NCBI GenBank assembly: GCA_964638675.1
Contig: CAZXAU010000005.1
Location: 69,313 to 133,312 of the forward strand
Origin: an uncultured Lachnospiraceae bacterium
Lineage (GTDB): Bacteria; Bacillota; Clostridia; Oscillospirales; CAG-272
Direction of reading: 5' to 3'
Length of the DNA stretch: 64,000 nt
Position numbers and translations under genes: made by a program
Shown: positions 35,951 through 45,660 of the stretch, piece after piece
How positions within the stretch are numbered: the stretch's first letter is position 1
How the letters are laid out: each line of letters begins with the position of its first letter
The notes under the pieces: model-generated
What the model was told of the DNA's origin: nothing
Database searches by the model: none
Seen by the model: only the letters and a program-made list of their open reading frames with translations

Positions 35951-36114
35951 TTTTGTTTACATGAAAGAAGGACTTTGAATATGTTTATTCTATCTTTATA
36001 TTGGCGATGAGCCGCCGATAACATTTTATTACACATAACATCATTCGATATAACATCGGAAAAACAATAAAAAATTTTGATTAAAGCCAATTGATTCTGA
36101 AAGGATAAAAAATC

Positions 36115-37170
36115 ATGAAAAATATGAAAAAAGTAATTTCACTTATTATCTCGGCACTTATGCTTATCTCGATTGTTGCATGCAACACACCCACACCCGA
36201 AACCGCACAGGACGATGTCACAACATACACGATAGGAATTTGCAATTATGTTGATGACGCATCACTCAATCAGATAGTTGACAACATCAGACAGAGACTT
36301 TCCGAGATCGAAAAGGATAATGATGTTAAGTTTGTAATCAAATATGACAATTGTCAGGCGGATGCAAATGTTATGTCACAGATCATTTCGGGATTCATAG
36401 CTGATAAGGTTGATCTTATGGTAGGCGTTGCAACTCCTGTTGCTATGAAGATGCAATCGGCAACCGAGAGCAACAAAATTCCTGTAGTATTTGCGGCTGT
36501 TTCCGACCCTGTTGCGGCAGAACTTGTTACATCGCTCGAAAATCCCGGAGACAATATCACAGGAACTTCAGATTATCTTGATACCAACTCTGTTTTCAAC
36601 CTTGTTTTTGCAACAAAGCCTGATGCTAAAAAGATCGGACTTCTGTATGACCTCGGTCAGGAATCCTCGACAACCGCTATTGCAGACGCAAAAAAATATC
36701 TTGACAGCAAGGGTGTTGCATATGTTGAAAAAACAGGAACAAATACCGATGAGATCAAGCAGGCGGCAAACGCACTGATTGCAGAGGGCGTTGACGCAGT
36801 TTTCACGCCGAGCGACAATACAGTAATGAAGGCACAGCTTGCAATTTATGAATCGCTCACCGAAGCCGGAATTCCTCAGTTTACGGGTGCAGATTCCTTC
36901 GCACTCAACGGAGCATTCCTCGGATACGGTGTTGACTATGCAAATCTCGGAAAAGAGACGGCTGACATGATCGCAGACATTCTTATAAACAAAAAGGATA
37001 TCTCAAAAACACCTGTAAAAACATTTGATAACGGAACGGCTACAATTAATACGGAAACCTGCGAAGCACTCGGATATAATTTTGATGAGCTTTCGCAGAA
37101 GCTTGCACCGCTCTGCCAAAAGGTACAGAAGATAACGACCGCTGAAAGCTTTGACGATCTTAAAAAATAA
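36115..37170 (+). CDS. ABC transporter substrate-binding lipoprotein (COG2984/PF04392 type; predicted Trp uptake)
   Basis: Lipobox LISIVAC. Family assigned by overall similarity and by the Trp T-box upstream. Confidence 0.8.
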   Translation: MKNMKKVISLIISALMLISIVACNTPTPETAQDDVTTYTIGICNYVDDASLNQIVDNIRQRLSEIEKDNDVKFVIKYDNCQADANVMSQIISGFIADKVDLMVGVATPVAMKMQSATESNKIPVVFAAVSDPVAAELVTSLENPGDNITGTSDYLDTNSVFNLVFATKPDAKKIGLLYDLGQESSTTAIADAKKYLDSKGVAYVEKTGTNTDEIKQAANALIAEGVDAVFTPSDNTVMKAQLAIYESLTEAGIPQFTGADSFALNGAFLGYGVDYANLGKETADMIADILINKKDISKTPVKTFDNGTATINTETCEALGYNFDELSQKLAPLCQKVQKITTAESFDDLKK

Positions 37171-37187
37171 TTTAAAATTAAAAACAC

Positions 37188-37228
37188 TTATTCGGATAAA
37201 CTCCTTCTTTATGAGTTTATCCGAATAA
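37188..37228 (+). terminator. 16-bp hairpin after the binding-protein gene
   Basis: TTATTCGGATAAACTC-N9-GAGTTTATCCGAATAA. Confidence 0.6.
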
Positions 37229-37272
37229 CCTGTTTTCGGATGTAAAATCGAAAAGTTAATTAAGGAGAGAAA

Positions 37273-37416
37273 GTTTGAAAGATAAATCTTTCAAACAGCG
37301 TTTTGTGGCTTTTACCGCCGAAACGAGCCGATTCTTTTCGAATCGGAGGTGATTTTGCTCCGCAAAACCAGCCACAATTACGTAAGAAAGGAAGCTTTCG
37401 CAAAGCGAAAGCCATG
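37273..37416 (+). repeat. R1 structured repeat, copy D (longest; extra CCGATT/AATCGG hairpin)
   Basis: See R1-A. It ends in ATG 37414, which opens a 5-codon uORF overlapping ATG 37428. Confidence 0.85.
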
Positions 37417-37427
37417 GTAATAAAAAA

Positions 37428-38390
37428 ATGACTTTAGATTCTATTCTCGTTTTGTTACAGAATACGTTAGAGCTTGGGCTTATAAGCTCGCTGACTGTCC
37501 TCGCTCTTTTTCTCAGCTATTCGATGCTGAACCTCTGCGATCTGTCGACAGACGGTTGTTATACACTCGGTGCGGCGGTAGGAGCTGTAGTTGCAATGGC
37601 AGGTCATCCCTATCTTGCGATCGTTGCGGCGATGGGAGCAGGAGTTACTTCTGGATTTATCACGGCTTTTCTTCAGACGAGGATGGGAGTGGACAGTCTG
37701 CTTTCGGGAATTATAGTCAATACGGCACTGTATTCGATAGTGATCCTGATAATGAGTGGAAAATCAGATCTCAATATGTTCAGGACAGAAACGATATTCA
37801 CGAGACTGAAGGCGCTTCTTGCCGGAACATTTCTCGAAAAATATTATGTTCTGATCATAGCGATCGTTGCAGTAGTTCTTGTTGTCATATTCCTCACGAT
37901 CTTTCTGCGGACAAAATTGGGCCTTGCGATCAGAGCAACCGGAAACAATCCGAGTATGGCACGCTCGTCATCGATAAATCCTATATTCACAACGACTGTC
38001 GGTCTTTGTATTGCCGGCTCGCTTACCGCTCTTTCGGGCTGTCTTTTCGCTCAGTCTGATAAATCGGTCAACGTCAATCTCGGCTCGGGAATTCTGACTG
38101 TTGCACTTGCATCTCTCCTTATCGGAAATGCATTCACATCCAAGCATAAGATTTTTGTACGGGCGTTGGGCTCGGTACTCGGTGCATTTATTTTCAGACT
38201 TGTATACATGATAGCGCTTCGCTTCAACATGCCTGCAACAATGCTCAAGCTTGTGTCGTCGGTGATCGTGGTAATTGCGGTTTCCGCACCTTATCTCAAG
38301 AAGCAATTCCCGATGTGGAAACGCAGACTGACGCATAATAAACAAATGAAAAAAATCAGGAAGGACGGTGGCGACATATGCTCAGAATAG
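37428..38390 (+). CDS. ABC transporter permease (COG4120 type)
   Basis: Multi-TM protein adjacent to its ATPase, with a 13-nt overlap. Confidence 0.85.
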   Translation: MTLDSILVLLQNTLELGLISSLTVLALFLSYSMLNLCDLSTDGCYTLGAAVGAVVAMAGHPYLAIVAAMGAGVTSGFITAFLQTRMGVDSLLSGIIVNTALYSIVILIMSGKSDLNMFRTETIFTRLKALLAGTFLEKYYVLIIAIVAVVLVVIFLTIFLRTKLGLAIRATGNNPSMARSSSINPIFTTTVGLCIAGSLTALSGCLFAQSDKSVNVNLGSGILTVALASLLIGNAFTSKHKIFVRALGSVLGAFIFRLVYMIALRFNMPATMLKLVSSVIVVIAVSAPYLKKQFPMWKRRLTHNKQMKKIRKDGGDICSE

Positions 38391-39163
38391 AAAATATATC
38401 GAAGACCTTCTTTCCCGGAACAGTCAATGCAAAAACGGCGCTTGACGATCTGTCTTTGCATGTGAAAAAAGGAGATTTTGTCACAATAATCGGTGCAAAT
38501 GGTGCAGGAAAATCTACGCTTTTCAACGCTATAAGCGGAAGCTTTTATACAGACTCCGGGCGGATCGTTCTCGGCGGAAAGGATATAACACTGATTCCCG
38601 AATATAAACGTGCTCGGAAAATCGGCAGACTTTTTCAGGATCCGATGCTCGGCAGTGCACCCGGAATGACTATTGCCGAGAATCTTGCTCTTGCGGCAGG
38701 TCAGGGCGGTTGGCTCTCGACCGTTTCAAAATCGGATAAGCAAAAATTCAGGGAAAGACTTGCACTTCTTGATATCGGACTTGAGGACCGAATGGAACAG
38801 CCTGTAGGCTTACTATCAGGAGGTCAACGTCAGGCACTTACACTGCTTATGGCGACATACAACCCGCCCGAGCTTTTGCTTCTCGATGAACATACGGCGG
38901 CACTCGATCCGTCAACCGCAGATAAAGTACTCGGACTGACCCGGAAGATCGTTGAACAGTACGGACTCACCTGCCTTATGATAACTCATAATATGCAATC
39001 GGCACTCGATCTCGGAAACCGTACTCTGATGATGGACAGGGGAAAGATCATCTACGATGTAGAGGGTGATGAAAGAAAAAAACTAACCGTAAACGATTTC
39101 CTCGAACGATTCAAAGCAGTGGCAGGCAAACAGCTTGACAATGACAGAATGTTGCTTTCATAA
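38378..39163 (+). CDS. ABC transporter ATP-binding protein (COG1101 type)
   Basis: GANGAGKST, LSGGQRQ and LLLLDEHTAALD. Confidence 0.9.
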   Translation: MLRIENISKTFFPGTVNAKTALDDLSLHVKKGDFVTIIGANGAGKSTLFNAISGSFYTDSGRIVLGGKDITLIPEYKRARKIGRLFQDPMLGSAPGMTIAENLALAAGQGGWLSTVSKSDKQKFRERLALLDIGLEDRMEQPVGLLSGGQRQALTLLMATYNPPELLLLDEHTAALDPSTADKVLGLTRKIVEQYGLTCLMITHNMQSALDLGNRTLMMDRGKIIYDVEGDERKKLTVNDFLERFKAVAGKQLDNDRMLLS

Positions 39164-39252
39164 TAAAGTTTTCTGTTATTTATCAATCGATAATTGACCG
39201 ATACAACATATTAAAAGACCGTATTGCATACGGGTACGCATATAGAAGTAAT

Positions 39253-39285
39253 GCCCGAAAGCAGTTTTTTGAATTGCTTTCGGGC
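39253..39285. terminator. bidirectional terminator
   Basis: GCCCGAAAGCA-N11-TGCTTTCGGGC followed by TTATTTT. Confidence 0.65.
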
Positions 39286-39322
39286 TTATTTTAATTATTG
39301 GTTTATTTTCATGAATCAGAAT

Positions 39323-39661
39323 TTAAACTCCCATAATCACAAAATAATCAAATTCTTTAAAATTATCTTCAGCCCAAGTGCTTAGCTCATTTATAACTTT
39401 CGCAACTATAACGCTTTTCTTTACAACATTATGTTGAATTACGTTCCATTTTTCTTTATCTATAATCGTCATACCATAATAATTAAAATCAGGTATCATT
39501 CTGTATAACTCTATTTCATCCGCAATATCCATATGGAGAAATAGTGAATCTTCTTTCCAAAAAGCAGGCTGATATTTCCTTGTGTTTTGTCCTCTTTGAA
39601 ATTCAAAATAACAAGTACCCCCAATTTGTTTTCTTTGTCTTTCCGTTATAAAAAAATCCAT
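39323..39661 (-). CDS. 112-aa orphan hypothetical protein in an AT-rich islet
   Basis: Listed ORF with no recognisable motif. Confidence 0.45.
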   Translation of the reverse strand: MDFFITERQRKQIGGTCYFEFQRGQNTRKYQPAFWKEDSLFLHMDIADEIELYRMIPDFNYYGMTIIDKEKWNVIQHNVVKKSVIVAKVINELSTWAEDNFKEFDYFVIMGV

Positions 39662-39908
39662 TTCATTATCACCTGTAAATTCTCATTTGCCTTATCTACT
39701 CTCTGAAAGCCCTGTTATTTCAAGGTATTTCGTTTGCTAAATGCTGAAATCTTATATATTTTCATTGTTTTTGCTCTTATGAGGTACGATGGCAATGGTA
39801 AAGTTGTGTAAAATCGTATAAAGGGCTAAGACGTAGAAATTGCGGTTGATCCTACTGAAATTATACATGAAGAGGAGTTATATGTCAATAGCAGAGCAAA
39901 GCAAAAGC

Positions 39909-39954
39909 ATAGAAAAGCCATAGTTTTTTGACTTATGATCAAAAATACTATGGC
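39909..39954 (-). terminator. terminator after argF
   Basis: GCCATAGT-N22-ACTATGGC with a T-run on the minus strand. Confidence 0.55.
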
Positions 39955-39993
39955 TGAAAAATTCTGTATGAGTATTGATATATGAATGCTGAA

Positions 39994-40992
39994 TTAAATA
40001 TCGGCGAGAGTTGCCGCCATTACGGCTTTGATGGTATGCATTCTGTTTTCGGCTTCATCGAATACTATTGACTGTTCGCCTTCGAACACTTCGTTTGTTA
40101 CTTCCATTGATGTCAGTCCGAATTTGTCGTATATCTCCTTGCCTATGGTTGTTTCAAGGTCGTGGAATGCGGGAAGGCAGTGCATGAAGCGGCACTGTTT
40201 ACCGGCGTTGTCCATGAGGGCTTTAGTTACCGAATAGGGCGAGAGATCGTCTATACGCTCTTTCCATATTTCATCCGGTTCTCCCATTGACACCCAGACA
40301 TCGGTATATATTACATCGGCGTTTTTTGTAGCGGTCATAGGGTCTTCGATAAGCTCTATTGTTGCACCTGTCTCTTTTGCAATCTCAAGGCATTCATTTA
40401 CGAGCTCTGCATTCGGGAAATACTTTTTCGGCGCGCATGCTACGAAATGCATTCCGAGCTTTGCACATCCGACCATCAGGGAATTGCCCATGTTGTATCT
40501 TGCATCGCCCATATAGACGAGCTTCCTGCCTTTAAGACTGCCGAAATGCTCTCTTATCGTCAGAAAATCTGCAAGAATCTGCGTCGGATGAAACTCGTTT
40601 GTCAGACCGTTCCATACGGGTACTTTTGAGTATTCGGCAAGAGCTTCGACGATCTCCTGACCGTATCCACGGTACTCGATTCCGTCAAACATCCTTCCGA
40701 GTACCCTTGCGGTGTCGGCGATGCTCTCTTTTTTACCTATCTGAGAGCTTTTTGGATCGAGGTATACAGGATGCATTCCGAGATCTGCCGCCGCAACCTC
40801 AAACGAACACCTTGTTCTTGTGCTCGTCTTTTCAAATATAAGAGCGATATTTTTACCCTCGCAGAGCCTGTGGGGAATACCTGCTTTTTTCTTTGCTTTC
40901 AGATCGGATGCGAGATCGAGAAGCCCCTCAATTTGCTCGGGTGTCAGATCAAGCAGCTTGAGAAAGCTTTTTCCTTTTAAATTAATGTTCAT
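39994..40992 (-). CDS. argF: ornithine carbamoyltransferase
   Basis: [13 protein letters not shown] and HCLPA motifs. Start trimmed to ATG 40992 because the upstream 29 codons lie in repeat R2-1. Confidence 0.9.
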   Translation of the reverse strand: MNINLKGKSFLKLLDLTPEQIEGLLDLASDLKAKKKAGIPHRLCEGKNIALIFEKTSTRTRCSFEVAAADLGMHPVYLDPKSSQIGKKESIADTARVLGRMFDGIEYRGYGQEIVEALAEYSKVPVWNGLTNEFHPTQILADFLTIREHFGSLKGRKLVYMGDARYNMGNSLMVGCAKLGMHFVACAPKKYFPNAELVNECLEIAKETGATIELIEDPMTATKNADVIYTDVWVSMGEPDEIWKERIDDLSPYSVTKALMDNAGKQCRFMHCLPAFHDLETTIGKEIYDKFGLTSMEVTNEVFEGEQSIVFDEAENRMHTIKAVMAATLADI

Positions 40993-41002
40993 TGTTTTCT
41001 CC

Positions 41003-41225
41003 TTTAATAAAGTCCTTGAGGGAAAGAGGGATGAGGGATTAGTGAAAAGTGATTTAGACGTGTGGGGGAGGGGGCCCACATGCCGGCTACGTTTCGAGCT
41101 ATTATAGTTTCAGCACTATTACTGTGAAGCCTCTATACTATATTTTTTCAATAAAGTCTTTGAAGGGGGAAGGTGTAATTTTCTGTAGAAAATTACACCG
41201 GGAACTTTCTACAGAAAGTTCCCCC
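41003..41225 (+). repeat. R2 modular repeat, copy 1 (module c present twice)
   Basis: Modules AATAAAGTCYTTGARGG, GTGTGGGGG..CCCACATG hairpin, AGTTTCAGCACTATTACTGTGAAGC, GGTGTAATTTTCTGTAGAAAATTACACC and GGGAACTTTCTACAGAAAGTTCCC. Confidence 0.85.
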
Positions 41226-41245
41226 GATTTCTAAATATAGACTAA

Positions 41246-44200
41246 TCAATGATTAATATCCACGAGATAGGTGTTGTCCTGGGTGTAGTAGGCGCTGACG
41301 ACGTCGGCGAGTGCCATTGCGGTGTCAATTGAGGTCATGCAGGGGATGCGCATGTTCATTGCACGGCGGTGAAGCTGTCTGAAATCTCCGACCGAGGAGT
41401 CCATGATCGCACCCGTGTAAACTATGTAATTGATCTTTCCGCTGTCGAGCAGATCATATATGTCATTGTTTTCCCAGACATTGTGTGCGGTCGTGACATC
41501 CATTCCACGGGCACGGATCGCATTTGCGGTGTCGGGCGTTGCGTACAACCTTATACCAAGATCGGTGAATCTTTCGGCGAGCTTGATAGCATCGGAGTGG
41601 TCGTAATCCTCGACCGATATAAGAATGCCCTTTTCTCCGCCTTTGCCTCTTGCGTGAATATCGATTCCGCTTGCCGTAAGTCCCTTGTAAAGTGCTTCGG
41701 TCTTGGTTCTGCCAACGCCGAGAACTTCGCCGGTAGACTTCATTTCAGGTCCCATTATAGAGTTGGCGTCATAGATCTTTTCAAAACTGAAAACCGGAAC
41801 TTTTACGGCATAATATTTAGCGGCAGGGAAGAGACCTTCCTTGTATCCGAGATCGACCAGCTTTTCGCCGAGCATTACACGGCTGGCAAGCTCGATCATC
41901 GGAATTCCGGTGACCTTGCTGATGTATGGCACTGTACGGCTTGCACGTGGATTGACCTCAATTACATACAATTCGCCGTCCTGAACAAGGTACTGAATGT
42001 TGACAATACCCTTTGTTCCGAGACCTCTTGCCATTTTGATCGATATATCGCAGATCTTTTTGGTCAGTGCATCGGTGAGATTGTAAGGCGGATATACGGC
42101 TATCGAGTCGCCTGAGTGTATGCCGGCACGCTCAATATGCTCCATAATTCCGGGAATAAGTACGGTGTCGCCGTCCGAAATGCAGTCGACCTCAAGCTCT
42201 GTTCCTGGCATGTACTTGTCGACAAGAACCGAGTTTGCGATGTTGCCCGAAAGAATGATCTGCATATACTGCCGAACTTCGTCAGCGTTTCTGACAACAC
42301 TCATTCCCTGACCGCCGATGACGTATGACGGACGGAGAAGAACGGGATATCCGAGTATTTTAGCGGCAATCAGTGCTTCCTCGGCGGTGTTGACGGCAAC
42401 AGCCTTCGGGCGTTTCATGCCGATCGATTCGAGAAATGCGTCGAACTTTTCACGGTCTTCGGCAAGGTCGATTCCTTCCGCCGATGTTCCGAGAATTTGT
42501 ATATTGTTTTTGTGGAGAAAATCGACAAGCTTTATAGCAGTCTGTCCGCCGAACGCAACGACAACGCCGAGCGGCTTTTCCACCTTGATGATGTTCATCA
42601 CATCTTCGGGGCAGAGCGGCTCAAAATAGAGACGGTCTGCCGTGTCGTAGTCGGTCGAAACGGTTTCGGGGTTGTTGTTGATAATGACAACGTCGTAGCC
42701 GAGCTTTCGGAGAGTCTGAACGCAGTGAACCGATGAATAGTCGAATTCGATACCCTGTCCGATTCTGATAGGGCCTGAACCGAGTACGATTATGACAGGC
42801 TTGCCCGAGCGTGTGTGGGTTCTTGATTCGCAACAAAGATCGGTGGTCGAATAGAAATAGGGTGTCTGAGCCTCAAATTCTCCGGCGCAGGTGTCAACCA
42901 TTTTGTAGCTGAAATCCATGCTGTAGGGAAGCTCTCCCGATATTCCGGCGATGCGTTTTATTGCAGCATCGGTGTATCCGAAAGCTTTTGCCTTTTTGTA
43001 TATCTCCTCGCTGAGATCTTTTGCAAGGAGCATTTCAAAATCGGCAAGCTTTTTGAGCTTGTATAAAAACCATTCGTCGATCATGGTTATTTTATGTATT
43101 TCATCGACCGATACGCCGTTTTTCAACGCTTCAAAAATCGTGAAAACTCTGCGGTCGTTCTGCTCGTGCAGACGGTCGATAATATTTTTGTCGTTCAGCG
43201 GAGGGCAATTCAGAGTATCAAGCGATATTTCGGCACCTCTGACAGCCTTCATGAGCGCCTGCTCAAAGGTCGGAGCGATCGCCATAACTTCGCCGGTCGC
43301 CTTCATCTGTGTGCCGAGCGTTCTGCTTGAGCCGACAAATTTGTCAAACGGCCACTTGGGGAACTTGACTACAACATAGTCGAGTGCCGGCTCGAAGCAG
43401 GCACAGGTCTTTCCCGTGACATCGTTTTTAATCTCGTCAAGTGTATAGCCGAGAGCTATTTTTGTCGTGACTTTGGCTATCGGATATCCCGTAGCCTTGG
43501 ATGCGAGTGCCGATGATCTTGAAACTCTCGGATTGACTTCGATCACGGCATATTCAAAGCTTTCGGGATCGAGTGCAAATTGGCAGTTGCATCCGCCGAC
43601 AATGCCGAGAGAGGATATTATATCGAGCGATGCCGAACGAAGCATCTGATATTCTTTGTCCGAGAGCGTGAGCGCAGGGGCAACGACCACAGAATCGCCT
43701 GTGTGAACGCCGACAGGGTCGAAATTCTCCATTGAGCATACCGCTATGACATTTCCGATGCTGTCACGCATCGTTTCAAACTCGATCTCTTTCCATCCGG
43801 CAATACTTTTTTCAACGAGGATCTGATTTATCGGTGAAAGCTCAAGTCCGTTTTTGGCTATTTTATCAAATTCTTCTTTGTTCTTTGCAATTCCGCCTCC
43901 CGTTCCTCCGAGAGTGAAGGCAGGGCGGATGATTACCGGATATCCGATATTCTCAGCGATCTTTTCTGCACTTTCGAGATCATATGCGATATCCGAGGGA
44001 ACGATCGGCTGACCTATTTCTTTCATTGTCTGTCTGAAAAGGTCACGGTCTTCGGCTTTATTTATAGCATCTATATCCGAACCGAGCAGACGGACGTTAT
44101 ATTTTTCGAGAATGCCTTCCTTGGCAAGCTGCATTGCAATAGTAAGTCCGCTCTGTCCGCCGAGTCCGGCAAGGATTCCGTCCGGACGCTCTTTTTCTAT

Positions 44201-44452
44201 GATCCTTGCGACCGTTTTGACATTCAGCGGTTCAAGATAAATTTCATCGGCAAGCTGGCTGTCGGTCATGATCGTTGCGGGATTGGGGTTTACAAGCACG
44301 ACATTCACGCCTTCGGCCTTCAGCACACGGCATGCCTGTGCGCCTGCGTAGTCAAATTCTGCCGCCTGACCTATAATTATCGGTCCTGAGCCGATGACAA
44401 GCACCTTTTTTATACTTATATCTTTTGACATCTTTCTGTCCATACCTTTCAT
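41246..44452 (-). CDS. carB: carbamoyl-phosphate synthase large subunit
   Basis: IKKVLVIGSGPIIIGQAAEFDY and a duplicated ATP-grasp architecture. The true start may be ATG 44431 (MSKDISIKK). Confidence 0.95.
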   Translation of the reverse strand: MKGMDRKMSKDISIKKVLVIGSGPIIIGQAAEFDYAGAQACRVLKAEGVNVVLVNPNPATIMTDSQLADEIYLEPLNVKTVARIIEKERPDGILAGLGGQSGLTIAMQLAKEGILEKYNVRLLGSDIDAINKAEDRDLFRQTMKEIGQPIVPSDIAYDLESAEKIAENIGYPVIIRPAFTLGGTGGGIAKNKEEFDKIAKNGLELSPINQILVEKSIAGWKEIEFETMRDSIGNVIAVCSMENFDPVGVHTGDSVVVAPALTLSDKEYQMLRSASLDIISSLGIVGGCNCQFALDPESFEYAVIEVNPRVSRSSALASKATGYPIAKVTTKIALGYTLDEIKNDVTGKTCACFEPALDYVVVKFPKWPFDKFVGSSRTLGTQMKATGEVMAIAPTFEQALMKAVRGAEISLDTLNCPPLNDKNIIDRLHEQNDRRVFTIFEALKNGVSVDEIHKITMIDEWFLYKLKKLADFEMLLAKDLSEEIYKKAKAFGYTDAAIKRIAGISGELPYSMDFSYKMVDTCAGEFEAQTPYFYSTTDLCCESRTHTRSGKPVIIVLGSGPIRIGQGIEFDYSSVHCVQTLRKLGYDVVIINNNPETVSTDYDTADRLYFEPLCPEDVMNIIKVEKPLGVVVAFGGQTAIKLVDFLHKNNIQILGTSAEGIDLAEDREKFDAFLESIGMKRPKAVAVNTAEEALIAAKILGYPVLLRPSYVIGGQGMSVVRNADEVRQYMQIILSGNIANSVLVDKYMPGTELEVDCISDGDTVLIPGIMEHIERAGIHSGDSIAVYPPYNLTDALTKKICDISIKMARGLGTKGIVNIQYLVQDGELYVIEVNPRASRTVPYISKVTGIPMIELASRVMLGEKLVDLGYKEGLFPAAKYYAVKVPVFSFEKIYDANSIMGPEMKSTGEVLGVGRTKTEALYKGLTASGIDIHARGKGGEKGILISVEDYDHSDAIKLAERFTDLGIRLYATPDTANAIRARGMDVTTAHNVWENNDIYDLLDSGKINYIVYTGAIMDSSVGDFRQLHRRAMNMRIPCMTSIDTAMALADVVSAYYTQDNTYLVDINH

Positions 44453-44526
44453 ATTGTGCGGTGAATGAAGCGAACGTCGAATATTGCCGCCGTTATACCT
44501 TCATTCTGTAAGGCTTTTGCTTTTAA

Positions 44527-45609
44527 TTAATTCTTTTCTTTCTCCATCATTTCGATGAATCTGTCGAAAAGGAATGATGTATCATGCGGGCCGGAGCAGG
44601 CTTCGGGGTGGAACTGAACCGTGAAACACTTTTTTTCATCGTATTCCATGCCCTCACAGCTTCCGTCGTTTGCGTTTCTGAATATTTCTTTGCCGACACC
44701 TTCGAGCGATTCCGAAATGACCGCATATCCGTGGTTTTGGCTTGTTATATAGGTCCGTCCGCTCTTAACATCAAATACCGGCTGATTTCCGCCTCGGTGA
44801 CCGTATTTCAGCTTTTGAGTTATGCCGCCCATAGCGAGTGCCGTGAGCTGATGACCGAGGCAGATTCCAAAGATCGGGAGATTACCTATCAGCTTTTTGA
44901 TCTGCTCGATACAGAATGTATTTTCACTTGGATCTCCGGGACCGTTTGAAAGCATTACGCCGTCGGGATCAGAAGCGAGAATTTCCTCTGCTGTTGTTGA
45001 TGCACTCACAAGTGTGACATCGCACCCACGGTTGCAGAGCGAGCGGATTATATTCATTTTTGCTCCGTAATCTATAAGCGTGACCGAGTATTTTTTGCCG
45101 CCGTCCGTGTCGGCAGGGAAGAATACCGGCGATTTGACGCTCACTTCGTTTACGACTCCGCTTACCGTATAGTTACTTATCTCACTCAGATCATCGGGAA
45201 TGCTGTCGGATATTTTGGCATTCATTACTCCGTTTTCTCTGATGATCTTTGTAATCTCTCTTGTATCGACTCCGCAGATTCCGGGTATATTATTCTTTTT
45301 CAGAAATTCATCGAGTGCTCCTTCGCTTCTGAAATTTGACGGTCCATCGCAAAGCTCACGCATTATATACCCTTTGACTGCGCTTTTGCCGTTTATACTC
45401 TCAAAATCCGAGGGGATAACGCCGTAATTTCCTATCATAGGGAAGGTCTGGACAACTATCTGACCGGCATAGCTCGGGTCGGTCAGCGTTTCAAGATATC
45501 CGACAACGCCTGTTGTGAAGACAAGCTCTCCTGTTGCCGATATGTCTGCACCGATTTTATATCCTTCAAATACTTTTCCGTTTTGCAATATCAAATATGC
45601 TTTTTTCAT
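44527..45609 (-). CDS. carA: carbamoyl-phosphate synthase small subunit
   Basis: GATase motif GICLGHQL and HRGGNQPV. Confidence 0.95.
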   Translation of the reverse strand: MKKAYLILQNGKVFEGYKIGADISATGELVFTTGVVGYLETLTDPSYAGQIVVQTFPMIGNYGVIPSDFESINGKSAVKGYIMRELCDGPSNFRSEGALDEFLKKNNIPGICGVDTREITKIIRENGVMNAKISDSIPDDLSEISNYTVSGVVNEVSVKSPVFFPADTDGGKKYSVTLIDYGAKMNIIRSLCNRGCDVTLVSASTTAEEILASDPDGVMLSNGPGDPSENTFCIEQIKKLIGNLPIFGICLGHQLTALAMGGITQKLKYGHRGGNQPVFDVKSGRTYITSQNHGYAVISESLEGVGKEIFRNANDGSCEGMEYDEKKCFTVQFHPEACSGPHDTSFLFDRFIEMMEKEKN

Positions 45610-45660
45610 TTATTGTACATGCCTTTCGTACACGGTCATTTATAAATTTACTATCGTATT

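Noticed and set aside
35621-36090. Minus-strand ORFs of 90, 94 and 70 aa.
   Set aside because: They overlap the T-box leader and its promoter on the opposite strand. The region is fully explained by the riboswitch.
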